In this document: in pieces, positions 37,323-50,459 of the stretch
Layout: the number at the start of each line of letters is the position of its first letter
Position numbering within the stretch: the stretch's first letter is position 1
NCBI RefSeq assembly: GCF_032062105.1
Contig: NW_026930981.1
Span: 186,001-250,000 of the forward strand
From: Saccostrea cucullata
Taxonomy: Eukaryota
DNA length: 64,000 nucleotides
Direction: 5' to 3'
Position numbers and translations under genes: made by a program
Notes under the pieces: model-generated
The model's input: the letters and a program-made list of their open reading frames with translations, nothing else
Told to the model about the DNA's origin: nothing
The model's database searches: none

Positions 37323-38378
37323 ACCAGAAGTCTCTGATGAGCCTGTAGCTCTACTGATCTGTACATATAACAAAGGAACAGTAACACTTGGATTTCAATT
37401 TTTGCATAATACAGCAATAAATAGAATTATGTACAGTTAATTCTCGATAAACCGCCACCTTTTGTAATTTAGAAATCATGGCGGTATAACGAATTTGGCG
37501 ATGAATTGAATTTTCCATCTTTTAGGAAATAAGACGTAGAGCTATCGTTCTTAGAAACACCATTTAGCGTTTCTATTCTTATTATTACACGTACATGTAT
37601 ATATAAACATGTTTCTAAATTTGAAATTACTTTAAGTAATTAATTATGTACAATTTTGCTAAAACAAAATATTCAGTTATGAAATAAAGACAAGTACATG
37701 TGTATGCATTTAAATCTGCACGTCTAATTTTGAAAAAAAAAATGATGCTGGGTCGATCGTCGTGATATACTGCCTATAGTATGTAAAATAAGTTCTTGAA
37801 TAAATTCATTGTTTACATCATTGTTAATGAAACGTTCACAATTTCTGACATAATTATTTTTAAGCAAACTTTGCATTGTTTTTAAAAGCAGAGATCATCA
37901 AAATAATATCGTTATTGGCGTACTTTACAACGGCCGCTTTCGTGGCGAAGCCTTGACTAAATGATTTTATTAAACAGAATACAAAATTATTCTAACAGTT
38001 CATGTTAAAATTATTGTTTACTTAATTGCATGTACCTTGACTGGCTTTGCATGCTTTACAACAGGGATAGCGTCTACCAATTAGCCGCGCTTCACTGACC
38101 ACATGCACCTGTGGCGGTATTATCGAGATAATTGACACTTAAAAATGGACGTTTGTTGTGAAAACAGGGTGGCGGATGGCGGTATGCGAATTTGGCGTTA
38201 TAAAGAGAATTTTATATAGCAGGAAAAACGTTCTTGGGAAATCATGGCAGTATTGCGAAAATGGCGATGAATCGAATGGCGATAATTCGAGAATTGACTG
38301 TATCTAGTGTAGTCTACTTGTGTGCCAAGTTATATTGACCAAAACTGTAGGAGGAGGAACGTTCTGACCAGTAGAGCT
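37323..38378 (+). mobile_element. Short HINE of the 156-bp family, interrupted by a nested MITE
   Basis: ACCAGAAGTCTCTG..TGTAGCTCTACTG start and CTGACCAGTAGAGCT end, as at 55354. Confidence 0.75.
37434..38300. mobile_element. Tc1/mariner-type non-autonomous element nested in the HINE
   Basis: TA|CAGTTAATTCTCGA ... TCGAGAATTGACTG|TA. Removing it restores the satellite motif AGAATTATGTA-TCTAGTGTAGTCTAC. Confidence 0.85.
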
Positions 38379-39956
38379 AAAAAATTCAAACATAAATAGA
38401 CCTACAATTCTCTTTAAAGAGTTACAATCAGTGCCGAGTTTCTCTGAAAGACCAAGATTTCTTCAACTAACTACCATTTGTCAAACATTTGATCTGTTTT
38501 CTCTTGGATTCTATACAAATCTACTGGGTCCATTTGATGGTGATGACAAAACTGATGAAATTAAGCAGGCCTCATCAATAAAACATTTGTCTGTGGACAA
38601 TTTTGTCGACATTTAGTAAATAATATTTAATGGTGGGATCTTATGACACAGAGACGAGGTGACAAGAGACATAATGTGATAAAAATCCTCAAAACTGTTC
38701 AAACAATGTCCGATTTTATTCTCTTCTGACTTACAATCCCTCCATTTTTTCAGTTTTTAAATCCATTTTAATACAAATCACCATGGAAACCCAGTCTACA
38801 TGCTTCTGGTGTTGTCAGAATAACGTAATCCGATACAGATATTAAAATTTTCCGTTGGATATCGACACCAATCAGTGATAAGAAAATGTATTAAAAATAT
38901 TGAAAAAAAGGCAGAGAAAGCAATTGTCAGCTCAATTCTGAATAATGTATTACAAATAATTGAGTTGGAAATAATGAAATAATTTTCCTCCCACTTTTAG
39001 GCCTGGAACAATCTAAGCAATTGTCTGCCACAGTACAACTGCTGCCAAGGACAAAATTCAAAGCTTTTCTGAAACAGTACAACAAAGTTGTTTCACACCC
39101 CCTAAAACCAGTCTTAATTGGTACAATTTTTTTCCCTTCCCAAGAGTTCCTAAGGTTATCTGACACAGAAAATGCCCCCCCCCCTTCTAAGACACTTAAG
39201 ATTGTCTGACACACTACTAAGTTGCTTTCTGCCCATAAGATCAACTCTAAGATTGTTTGAAATAGTTAACACCCCCCCCCCCCCCGACAACATCAGCTTA
39301 TTTAATACAGTACAATGTTGTTTTCCTCCTCTTGGACCTATTCAGCTTGTATGAGACACTACATTGATGTTTTTATCTCCTAAGTTTATCTGAAACAGAA
39401 CATTACATTCTTTCTTTCTTTACTGAAGTGAAAATTCACGAAGAGAATACAAACAACACACAATCAATCGTTATTCACAATGAATATTCTTGTACAAGCT
39501 TTTCTACACCTATACGTTGCAAAAAATGTTCATAATTCATAAAATCACTTGAATGTGCAGATCTGAAAATAATTGGCAAAACCCTTTTCACGTAATGCCG
39601 AATGAAACAAAATGATTTGATTTGAAACACATAAAGTGTAATGAAAAAATAATAAAATTTAACTATAAAATTCATTGTAATAACAGAACAATAAAGCAAT
39701 ATCTGCAATCAAGAATTCAGTCTTTTCATGAATATTGATAAAGGAAGTGCGTAAACAGTAGGTCTAAATATAGACACGTATGTCCACAGGAAATTATAGA
39801 CAACGAGGCACGTTGCATTTTGACAACGATTATTAATAAAAGGTTAATATGCGTCATAACAGAGTATAGATGGTTGATTGATTACATTTAAAGATAAGTT
39901 AATTAATAGTAACACGCCATCCATGTCAAAAGTGAGTTGTATCTCAAAGGGCTTAC

Positions 39957-40180
39957 CTCGTTTTTCACGCCGTGTTTGTTTATCAATCTAAAAGTAGCGA
40001 CGGCGTCACGTGGTGGATTTACTTAAAAATAGAAATTATTCTCCTTGCAGGATAATAAATAATTATAATTTGATAACTTTATAACGAATTTTATTTAAAT
40101 GGTGTAATTTACAGCATTTTTGTAACTTTTATTGGTAAACAAAATATATAAATTTCCAGCCGTATTTTAAAATGGCGCAC
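39957..40180 (-). promoter_or_regulatory. Candidate internal promoter and short non-coding first exon
   Basis: Local CpG enrichment, GTCACGTG E-box/CRE-like site at 40005-40012, AAAATGGCG YY1-like site near 40170, strong donor GAG|GTAAGC at 39956. Confidence 0.4.
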
Positions 40181-42429
40181 GTTATAGCGTATATTACTTT
40201 AATAAATAGTTAATTTCATGAAAATTCAACAACAAAGATAAGTATGGCATACCTTTTACATATTCCAAGTAAAAAGTCTTTATAAAAGATACACTGAATT
40301 TGAAATTGAATGATTTCCTCTGATTCAGGCCTAGTCTATATTAACTGTGTGGTAGGTGTACTTTTATCTCAGTGCTAATGTTACTATATACCAAACACGG
40401 TACATTTTGTGTTCATTGTAACAGACTTTTATCTCACAACCCCCAGTGCTGACCGACTAATTAGGAAACAGTATAGGTTTAGAAATTAACAGTTTGACAA
40501 CATGAAGGGTAATATATCAGAAATGTTTACAAAACCAATCAGGTAACATTCTGCCAACAGGTATACCCACCTGGAAATTTACAGAACAAATATCTGAATG
40601 GTTTAGCAGGTAGATTTTGATTTAGGGGCAGGAAACTTATGGTCAGGTATTGTAAATAATCACTGTGTCTCTTTTGTGTGACCCTTTCAGCACCTACTTG
40701 TGTATGTCTGAAAACATCAAAGGACAGTCTTCTTAGGAGAACTAAATGTTTTTAAAGTTTTGAATTCAAAAGATTTTAATAAAAGCTATATATTTTTGAC
40801 AGAGAATTTTATTTTGTAAATTGAGGAGAAAGTTAATATATATATAAAATGAAACCCTCGGAAGTTTTTGATATTTCAATCCAGTTCATGCCTCCTGCCT
40901 ATCCTACAGAGGTTTGTAAGCCAATTCAAGTCAGACACCTGCTAGTAAGATGAAAGAAGTTTTCCTCCTCTCTCAATCTATGTTCAATACTGAGAGTTAT
41001 TGATGGTATTAAATGTTTTAACATCCCTCTGTTCTTTATGCCCCTGTGTGCGATTCTTGAACCCTTCTAAAAACCAGCAAGCACCAGCTGTCCTGAATAT
41101 AGCAGTTCTTATTGAAGTCCCACAAGTACTAGGCCTATTTGTACAGTGTACATCTATTTGCTTTTAGTTATTTAATTTTCTTTAAGAGCTAGGTCATTTT
41201 AAAACTGATCAACAGGCTGGGGTGAAGAACAAAGAGGTTAACAGAGAACTTACAGGTTTTTAGAATTTTCCATTGGAACTCGTGTATTCTTGAATTGTTA
41301 ACAAGAGAGCACTTCATTTAGCTTTTACTGCAGATCAGTTAGGTAGCTGAACATTATATAACAATCCACTGAAATTTTCACAAACCAACAGCATTTAAAA
41401 CACACTGTATTTATAACATAGCATTTTTATCATCTAACATATTCAACTTTTTATTGATGGAACAGCAAATAAATTATCTAAAACTCAAATACGTGACTGA
41501 TTTAACTGATATAGAATTTAATATATGTACAAGGAAACATTATATTGGAGATATAAATGATAAAATTAAAAAAATTTTATATATTTTTTTGGGGGAATGA
41601 CAATTTGTAACATCTAGGAATGATTAAAAGTATCTAGTAAGAAAAGATGTTATTTATAAGCCTGGAAAAAATTGAAAATGTCAATTTCAATATAATTTTT
41701 TTTAAATTCATGTAAAAAAATAAATTAAACGTAATTGACATTTAGAGCTTGGAGATAATTGGTCAGTTATCAAGTTTTTACATTTTTATTCTACCCAAAA
41801 AAAGGTTCCTTAACTAGCCTATTCCTTATTTCTTAAATGACATTAAATCAGCATTGACTACTGTGAACCGATTTTAATGTGTATTTTACAGAAAAATGTC
41901 AGAATTTTTTTTTATTTTTAAAACAATTAATTAGTTAATCATTAAGAAAGCCTCACAGTTCATACACAATTGTGTATTCACTGCATCCCTAAATATTTTA
42001 AGAAATTTGCCAAAATTTTCTACACAACAATTTTAAAGTTTCCGAGATGTTAATTCCCAGTTAATAATTAATATACATAATAGTATACTACGATTCTAAT
42101 TACTTACTCACAGTTTACACAATATATCTTACAACTGTCCACATTTCATATCTTGTATCAATGATTCTTGCCTTTATCCTGAATTGTAGTGAAATTCTGG
42201 TTTTAAAATGACAATATATGTACCAACTTCCTCGCTAACAGAGTCAATAACAACATCAATTAATTACATCCTGGTAAAAGGCACTAATTTTAAACACTGT
42301 CAACAAAATTACTACATCCAAGTAATCCTGCTGAACAAAACAAAATTACAGCATCCCTGTTTATACTGAATGATAGGTCATTTTTTCTTAATTAACCTTT
42401 AACACACAATCATCAGGTAACAGACTCAC

Positions 42430-42533
42430 CTGTACAGGCTGTGGGGGCTCCACCAACTACTGCTGTACGATCACTGAGCCCAGTCTCTGGAAGTCTCCAA
42501 TAACCCTCATCCTCAGCTCTATAAGACTGACTC
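42430..42533 (-). CDS. Internal exon (SQSYRAEDEGYWRLPETGLSDRTAVVGGAPTACT), phase 2 in / phase 1 out; probably a long PDE1 isoform
   Basis: Acceptor TTCCAG|, donor ACAG|GTGAGT, only one open frame, GC-rich relative to flanks, exit phase matches the other first exons. Confidence 0.5.
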
Positions 42534-42759
42534 CTGGAATCACACATAAAGCAGATCTCAGATGTTTCAAGTGCTCAGATATTATTTCTTCAATCAGGGG
42601 ATGGGAGAAATACCCTGTCTTGGTAAAATCAATTGATAACTAACAGTAGTGGAAGAGAGATTTACAAAAGGGTCCCCACTCTTATGCTTAGTCCACTCAA
42701 AAGAAGGGGGTGGAGAGGAATTAATTTTGGATAGGTATAAAGGTGCTTAATTAGTCTGA

Positions 42760-43460
42760 CATGAATGGGGAGGAATAAGGGTGCTTAGTACTTTGTCAAG
42801 GAGTGGGGGAATAAGGGTGCTTAATTCTCTGTCAAAGGGTATAGATGAATAAGGGTGCTTATAGTACTCAGTCAAGGAGTGGGGGAATAAGGGTGCTTAA
42901 TTCTCTGTCAAAGGGTATAGATGAATAAGGGTGCTTATAGTACTCAGTCAAGGAGTGTAGAGGAATAGAAGTGCCTAATTCTCTGTCAAAGGGTATAGAT
43001 GAATTGTAATGTGCTTATATTCAAATATTTTTCAGTCAAGGAGTGGGGGATACCAGTGAAGGGCTTCAAATTCTCTGTCAAAGGGTTTGATAAGGGGTTC
43101 TTAGTAACATGCCAAGTCAAGGAGCGGGGGTATGTTAAGGAAGCATATAATTCATCTGTCAAAATATAGACTTTTTAAAGAAAATTAAGGGTGCTTAAAT
43201 TACCAGTCAAGGAGATAAACGTAAACTCTTATTAACTATTGTATACAGATAAAAGGGTATAGAATGCACCACCGTCACGGGTGACTTCTATTAGAAATTT
43301 TCTTAATAAAAAAGCTAACAGAACAAGGAGTGAGTTTGATAATGTATTTGAGTAAATTCTCTGAAAAGGGTATATTTTGCCTAAAAAGTGCTTAGTACTC
43401 TTCAGTCAAGGAGTGTATCCAGGACATAGAAGTGCCTAGTGAATTTTGTACAAGGGGTGG
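42760..43460. repeat. Minisatellite, ~38-bp subunits arranged as a 76-bp dimer
   Basis: ATAAGGGTGCTTAATTCTCTGTCAAAGGGTATAGATG recurs at 42811 and 42887; the array becomes scrambled after ~43010. Confidence 0.75.
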
Positions 43461-43465
43461 AGAGG

Positions 43466-43790
43466 ATTGCTTGATTGATTGTATGTTGTTTTATGTCCCA
43501 TTCAAATATTTTTCACTTATAGATGTCCCCGTATACCAGTGAAGGGCTTCAAATTTTGACCTTTAGTCGGCACTCGGGGCCCTTGAGCAGTGGGGGTTCT
43601 TTATCATGCCAACCTCTGCCATGACACAGGACCTCAGTTTTTTAAGGTCTCATCCAAAGGACCAGGAACTTTCACTTCAAAGTGCCGAGTGCATGGCAAC
43701 GGAACAGTTGCTACCCTTTTTTATTGACTTATGTCAGTCACAGTCGAGATTTGAACTCACGACCTCCCAATCTACTGACTGCGCTGCCAT
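43466..43790 (-). mobile_element. tRNA-derived SINE
   Basis: (GATT)n tail at the left, conserved body, B-box complement GAGATTTGAACTC near 43746. Confidence 0.75.
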
Positions 43791-44000
43791 GAACAGTGGG
43801 GTCATAATGTAAGCACTGGTTTACAAGGTAGAATGAGTGCTCTACTGACTGATCTACTGTGAACAGTGGGGTGGAGCGACCTCTTGATCACAAAGCGAGC
43901 GCTCTATTGACTGATCTACTGTGAACAGTGGGGTAGAGCGACCCCAGGATCACAAAGCGAGTGCTTTACCTACTGATTTACTGTGAACAGTGGGGTAGAG
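43780..44000. repeat. 62-bp tandem repeat built from the SINE head and its flank
   Basis: CTACTGTGAACAGTGGGGT recurs at ~43854, 43916, 43978. Confidence 0.7.
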
Positions 44001-44511
44001 AGGTATACGATGCTTAATGTGTGCCTGATGTGAGAAGAAAATTTCTATGGTCATTAAAATCTCAATGAAATAAGGGGTCAAATGGAATCTTTCATGTTAA
44101 TTTTCCCTGCTAATGTAATGAAAACTTCTTTTTGTATTTTGACAACTTATTAGAGGGGACATTTGAGACATAACTGTGACAGATAATGATATTCTTTGTA
44201 TCTTTACATGTAATTCTAGAAGTATGATACAATTGTTAAAGTCAGATGAAGAACTACCAGCCACTGTTAAAAATAGAAAATTGAATGTATAATAAACCTT
44301 TAATAAAGCTTTTATGATGTAGCATACCTTTACATATGAGTTCCGACTAAATCCTAATTAAAACATAACTTCAAACATTTCATGTCAAACACAGCAATGC
44401 AGCATTCTGCGACATGTTAATGTGAATGAAACATGCATTAATTAAGTATTTGACAATCAGAGTGTGCAGCTAAAAATACACCTGACAGAAATAATCTTAA
44501 AACCAACTGAC

Positions 44512-44596
44512 CAGGTACGGTGAACCCGAAGAGTCTGTTGAATTGTACAAGCTGGTCCTGGTTTCCTTTTTTCTGAGGTCTTCTACTGTAATCTTT
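44512..44596 (-). other. Candidate 85-nt exon (KITVEDLRKKETRTSLYNSTDSSGSPYL)
   Basis: Acceptor TATTTACAG|, donor CTG|GTCAGT; the frame connection to the next exon is ambiguous. Confidence 0.3.
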
Positions 44597-47124
44597 CTGT
44601 AAATATAATAAATCAATACATGACATTAGCGATTATGTCAATATAATAAATTAATATATTACACCTGTAATTAGGTCATAAAATATTATTTGGTTAACTA
44701 TCCAGTTTATCTGTTTTGCCCTTGTCCCATGGAATGTACTGTTACACTTCTCAATCTGTTGTCTAAATTTTTATAATAGGGCTCACCATATATAAAACAG
44801 AAATATATGATTGTGCATCAGCCAAGTTGCTGAAGTTATTAGTCCAAAATAATTTTTTTCTTCTCCAACTCCATACAAACAGAAGGAAATTCATAGAATT
44901 AAATTTTCAAGAACAAATGTAACCAATAGTAATTAATGGTTTCATCATGAAAATAAAAACATTCCTACTGGCTGGTACCATTATAGCACATACCTAAAAC
45001 TGCCTAAATCTACTCTTAATCATCTTCATCTGCTATTTTTCATAATTACACAAAATACATATTTCATAACATTGAAGGAAAAAGAATCTTAGACTAATAC
45101 TTTCAGACGTGTCTGGAGATTGACTGTCCAATCACCAAATGACCTGGACACATACAATCAAACGTTAATATTGAGACCTGTATTTTTATAAATATTACAG
45201 AGCCAACTCTTATAGAGCACTGTCAGATACCCATGTGTGATCTCGAGATCACCCAAGGAATTATAAAGTGATAAGGACAAGATCACCCGTGGGTATCCAA
45301 CAATGTTATACAGAGAGACACAGATTAAAACTTTTAAAATCCTCTCGAGTCAAGTTTGGGTTTTATTGAACTTGATTTTACAATGAAACAGAATAGGAGG
45401 AAATGTTACTGTAAATGGGTAAAAAAATAAATGGGCCAGTAGTAATATAATGTACTTTTGTTATAAATTCAATCATAAACTACTATTTCTGATATAGGTA
45501 ACTAATGAATGAAATAAAAATTACCTGGTCACCATGTGTTCATTTCCAACACGACCTTAATATTCCCACATTGTGTCAATAATTGATTTATAAGTCAATA
45601 TCATTAATAAGTGTGTATATATAATAGGTTTTCCCTTATTTACAATATATTGGTTTGTTAAAACAGACCAGAATGTTTTGTTTTGGGGTTTTCATACTAG
45701 AATTTGTCATAATAGTTTTTTTCTTACAAGTTAATTTATATTTGTTGATGGGTCGCTGATATTGATGTTGCAAATCATGTACCTTTTCCCCAAAACAAAG
45801 CAAACATTTTTATATTTTGTCTTCACCTATCAAGACTGTATGTGGCTTTTGATTTATAACAATAAAGGCCGTGAAGCTTTCTTTAACTACTGAAGCCTGT
45901 ATCTGGTAGGGGTGATCAATTTTATCCTCAGCAGCACTTAACCTCTGTCATATGAAGCTGCCATTAGAGATAATCGTCCAGTCAGCGTCCAGTAGACCCC
46001 TCAGTAAGATATTGACCACTGTGTCTTTATTAATGCTCCATCATCACATGTTTCCTAAAGTCAATAACAAGGTAAATATTGTTTTGATCAGCACGCGATC
46101 CTCACAATACAATACCGGTCTGCCCTGGAGGAAGCGAGGGAACGGAATATTTGTGTTTTTAATTTACAATCTAATAACGGAAAGAATTACCGGGACACAC
46201 TCGGAATGGGAGGGAATGCTTTCAGTGAAACAATAAAACGGTGATTTTTGTTTTCATGGAACCCTGTTTTGTATTGATCTTTGTTATGGTGTTTACGATT
46301 TGTGTCCTGTTAATTCAATATTGGTTGGGAGGCCTGATAAATCTGCCTGTCAACGAGTTGATAGTCTTGGCCCAGAATGTCACAGAGTCTATTTATAGCA
46401 CACAATTTATACCATTCTCTGCAATTCATTCGTTAAAACGTCAGATATTGGTGCTGACACCATCTCTCTATCCTGTCACAAACATCACTTTTCATCAAGT
46501 CAAACTTTTAAATATCACATCCCTAAGTGTATCCAATCAACTTTACTCTTTTCTTCTAATGATATGGCCAAAAAATTGAAATGTCATTAAATTTCTAAGC
46601 TGTACTAAAACAATCATAAAAAGTCCAAATACATCCTCTTAATCAAACAAACTTGTGCAATAATGCCAAAATTTTTGTCCACTATAACCTACACTGTTGT
46701 TCTTTAATGCGGCCATTACTCTGAGAGTCTGTCATCTAACATCAGATAAAACGTCCCCCGATCTCTTCCTGGATAAAAGTAGCTCACCATGAAAGAAAAG
46801 GTCGATACTGGATAATCTAAAAATGAAATAAAAGACTTTAGTTAATAATAACTTAGATAATGATAAAGCATACAACTTCCTCCTTTCAGTAGAATTAGTG
46901 TTGAAGTAAGCTGGAACTTTACAGTTACTTAGTGAAGAGTCTGCATCATAACAATCACTACTTTTACCTGTTCAATGAAAAGTTATTGAAAACTTTTTTT
47001 CCTATATTGGGGGTCTTGATATTAATAAACTTATATCAATGTACTTTAAATAAAGAAAGTCTCATATATACCTTTCAAGTCTTTTGGTCCAGTGGTTCTT
47101 GAGAAGAATTTTATAAAGATAATA

Positions 47125-47271
47125 CAGTGAAACTATCACTTATTCGACATAATTTTGTGTCGGATTGCACAGTGTTAATAACAATGAAAATACTAAACTT
47201 GGAATAAAATTAAACGTCGGAATTCACAGTGTGTCGGATTATTCAGGTGTCGGATTAGACAGTTTTCACTG
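47125..47271. mobile_element. Small MITE with TA TSD
   Basis: TA|CAGTGAAACT ... AGTTTTCACTG|TA. Confidence 0.7.
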
Positions 47272-47371
47272 TACCAAACTATCACTTATTCTTATAATTA
47301 TCTCCTCTTGAAAGAGGGTATAACCCTTGGATTGAACAAAATTAAACCATTAACCCAAGAATAGTCAGTAG

Positions 47372-47881
47372 TGTGACAGGAGAGGAGAAAATGCAGCTGA
47401 CCCGACCAGGATTTGAACCCGGGCCCCCTGAATCTCCAGTCAGGTGCTCTACAGACTGAGCTATCCTGCAACCAGCCAGTGGCGGATGCCCTGTAAGGGG
47501 GGGCGGCCCCTAGATAGAACGTTCTATCGCGATATTGTCCTACGGACCCTCCTAAAATTGTCCAAATTAGCAAAAGAAAACGTAAATCACAGTTTCGTCT
47601 AGAAAATGTAGAAATATGTATACTTGGTAGACCTCATTTTTACCCTACAAAATCTCTAGAATCTGGGATAAAAGGCATAAGCAATCTCAAAAAGGTTTGT
47701 TTTGATTAATTTGGTAGTTATTTCCAGTGCAAATCCCTTCCTGGCCCCCATCAGGGCTTTGCCCTGTACCCACTGGGGGCCTCAAGGCGGCCCCCAGACC
47801 CCTTGCCTACTTTTGGCGCCCCCTCTAACTTCAATTCCTGAATCCGCACCTGCCGGCGATCGAACCCGGCTGACCACCACA
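47372..47881 (-). mobile_element. Short tRNA-related repeat with TG...CA ends, split by a nested insertion
   Basis: Minus strand reads GGATAGCTCAGTCTGTAGAGCACCTGACTGGAGATTCAGGGGGCCCGGGTTCAAATCCTGG (A box, anticodon-like arm, B box); acceptor stem is poor. Confidence 0.65.
47477..47852. mobile_element. Nested non-autonomous DNA transposon
   Basis: CCAGC|CAGTGGCGGAT ... ATCCGCACCTG|CCGGC: imperfect TIRs and a 5-bp TSD with one mismatch. Confidence 0.75.
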
Positions 47882-48328
47882 GTGAGTAGCAAACTAGTTG
47901 GTTCTGGAGAAGAATTAAGTTGAAAGTGTGAAAAGTTTATAGGCAGACAAACGGAACAGGCTAGACCTAAAGATAAAATGTGAAACATTTTGTCTACAGA
48001 TCTAGCCCAGATCAGAAAATCAGAGATACGGTGAGCTTAAAAAAATGCAAATTGATGCAGTGATAATTTTCATCTCTGAACCATTCTAATGCATAAAAAA
48101 ACTGGTTCTAGGATGTGTCTCCTGATCACCGATCATAAAGTTCTAAAAAAGTTGGATTGGGCCTATGTATAATTAACAATCGATGTGTGACTAAACAGTA
48201 CACCACTTCTGGTTAACGTGACAATTGATTGGTAATAATTTAGCACAATGTGAAGTTATAATATTATACTTATCCATGCTTCAACGCACATAGCTATAAT
48301 GTAGTGTAAAAACATCCTAAGACGGTAC

Positions 48329-48430
48329 CTGTCAACATTAACTGACTGATGCATCGAGGTGTTTGGTTTCTTTCACTCGGTGACTGACTCGCGCCCGCCA
48401 TGGGAGAAAGCGCGCCAAAATGTCACCTGT
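48329..48430 (-). promoter_or_regulatory. Candidate most-upstream promoter/first exon of the PDE1 locus
   Basis: CpG-rich patch; CCATGGCG at 48401 opens 24 codons + 1 nt to donor ACAG|GTACC (phase 1). Confidence 0.4.
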
Positions 48431-50459
48431 TTCATGGATAGGTCATTCATGATTACTTTCGAATAAAATTAAATCCATATACATGTGTATGGGGATTGAA
48501 TTTTAATTCTTTAAATTTTTCCTTTATTTTACTTATTGAGGTTTTTAAGTTTTAGAACAGTGTATGAAAATTAGGGGACGATCGTTTTAGTCGCGGAAGG
48601 AGGGGGGGGGGGGGGTCTGTCGAGTTGGATTATTCATCGGATCATAAGGTTGTTTATTTTCGTCAGTTTCTTGCCTTCGCCCTTCTTGTCCTTCCAAATA
48701 AATTTTCTGAGAAAAGTTTTTGGTGAATTTAAAAATATTGTTCATTTGAATTAAATTTGCTATTTGCTTTTAAAAAATGCCACAATTTTTTTTTTTTAAG
48801 TCAAACTTCTGTTTTCGATAAAGGGGCTTTGGGGTTACATGGATATTTTTTTCCGGAGGTTGTCCCCCCCCCTATCCCCCACCCCAACACCCGAAATAAA
48901 ATGTGAAAACATTTCTTCATACACGGACCTGTAAACTCATCGGCGATTAAAAAAGAAGGCAAGATTTTTTCTTCTTTATTTCTTCTACAAAGCTCCTACA
49001 TTGTACAGGAGTTTCAGCGAATTTTCTTTTAATTACAAGGGTGTATATTATTTTATTTCATAACGACATTTTATTGTATAAAACTTAGTTGCTGGATACA
49101 ATTCAGTATTTAGTATTACCTGGCAATATAAGCGCACTCGAGAATTCAATGATTTACATCATCATCTTCCTCTAAACATTGTTTAACAGACAAGGCACCT
49201 GATGTACGTCAGATTTAATTTATCAATTTATGTATTGAAAATTAGCTGTGTTTATTGTAAACATGAACTGATGAACTGAAAAAATCACATTTTCATAACA
49301 ACAAATTAAACCATACGCGGGTGTGGAGTTTGGGGTTCAGACAACCCTCCCCCGAAATTTGATGAGTTATAAAATGTACATACTCAGAAAACAGTAAAAA
49401 AAAAAAAAAAACCCTAATAGTCAATTTGATAGGGACAATCATACTTAATTATGAAGCTTAGGAGGTGAAGTGACCCAATCACCCCCATCCTACATGAAAA
49501 CTATTAAAAATTTTAATAACATTCTGCCCAATCACTTAAACATTTGAAATTGGAAATATTCTGGCTTGATTTTTTTTTAAACATGTTTAAGTAGCAATAC
49601 TTCAATGACAAACTCTTAGAAAAATTTATCTTTTATGAACCCCATTGCGCGCTCGCGCGCAATATCTTCCCTGGTAGTGATTGCCTTGAAATTTTAAAAA
49701 TCCTGGTAATTAAAAATCCAGGATCCACGCCTGTGAACTACATATGACAAGACTTTTCTTTGGCTACCATTATATTTTGACCCTGGCCTTTTGCAATATT
49801 TTACCAACCTTAAACCTTGGTCACAAATTTTGAACAGTCATGCAGAGCTAAAGCTTTCAAACTTCTTTATTCCTCATAAAAAGATCTTATGTCTTTGGAT
49901 GAAAATATTTTTTGTCTTTTGACTGTGGAGTTTGACTTACCAGTACCTTTAAAACTTTATCCTTGGTCAAAACTGCTTGAACAGATAGAGCTACGGCTTT
50001 TATAGTTCACTGGTGTATTCCTTGAGACAAGACCATCCCTTGGGTACCAACAATTTTAACCCTTTATAGCCTTGACCTTAGAGTTTATCATACTTAATTT
50101 TGAACAACTTTAACCTTGACAATCTTTTGAATACTCTAGTAGTTAGTGCTAAGGCTTTTACATTTCACAGATGTATTCCATGTGACAAGATCATCTTCTG
50201 GGTATCAATAATTTTGTCCTTTGAATTTAACCTTCTCTCTAGTTTTTGCTGGTCAGGCATCTTTAGGAACCATTGAATCATAATTTATTACATTTCCATC
50301 ATACCCAATCTGTAAAATTACACTTATTACAGTATATTGGTATGTTATTCTCACGAATTCTTTTATTTCTGTTAATATTCGAAAAAATGTCCTTGCATTG
50401 TCAAATCTTATACTTAGTATCTACAATGCTTGTCATGAATGTCATACAAGAACCCATAC

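Noticed and set aside
47395-47475. Functional tRNA gene
   Set aside because: A/B boxes are present, but the acceptor stem is poor and the sequence sits in a repeat disrupted by a nested insertion.
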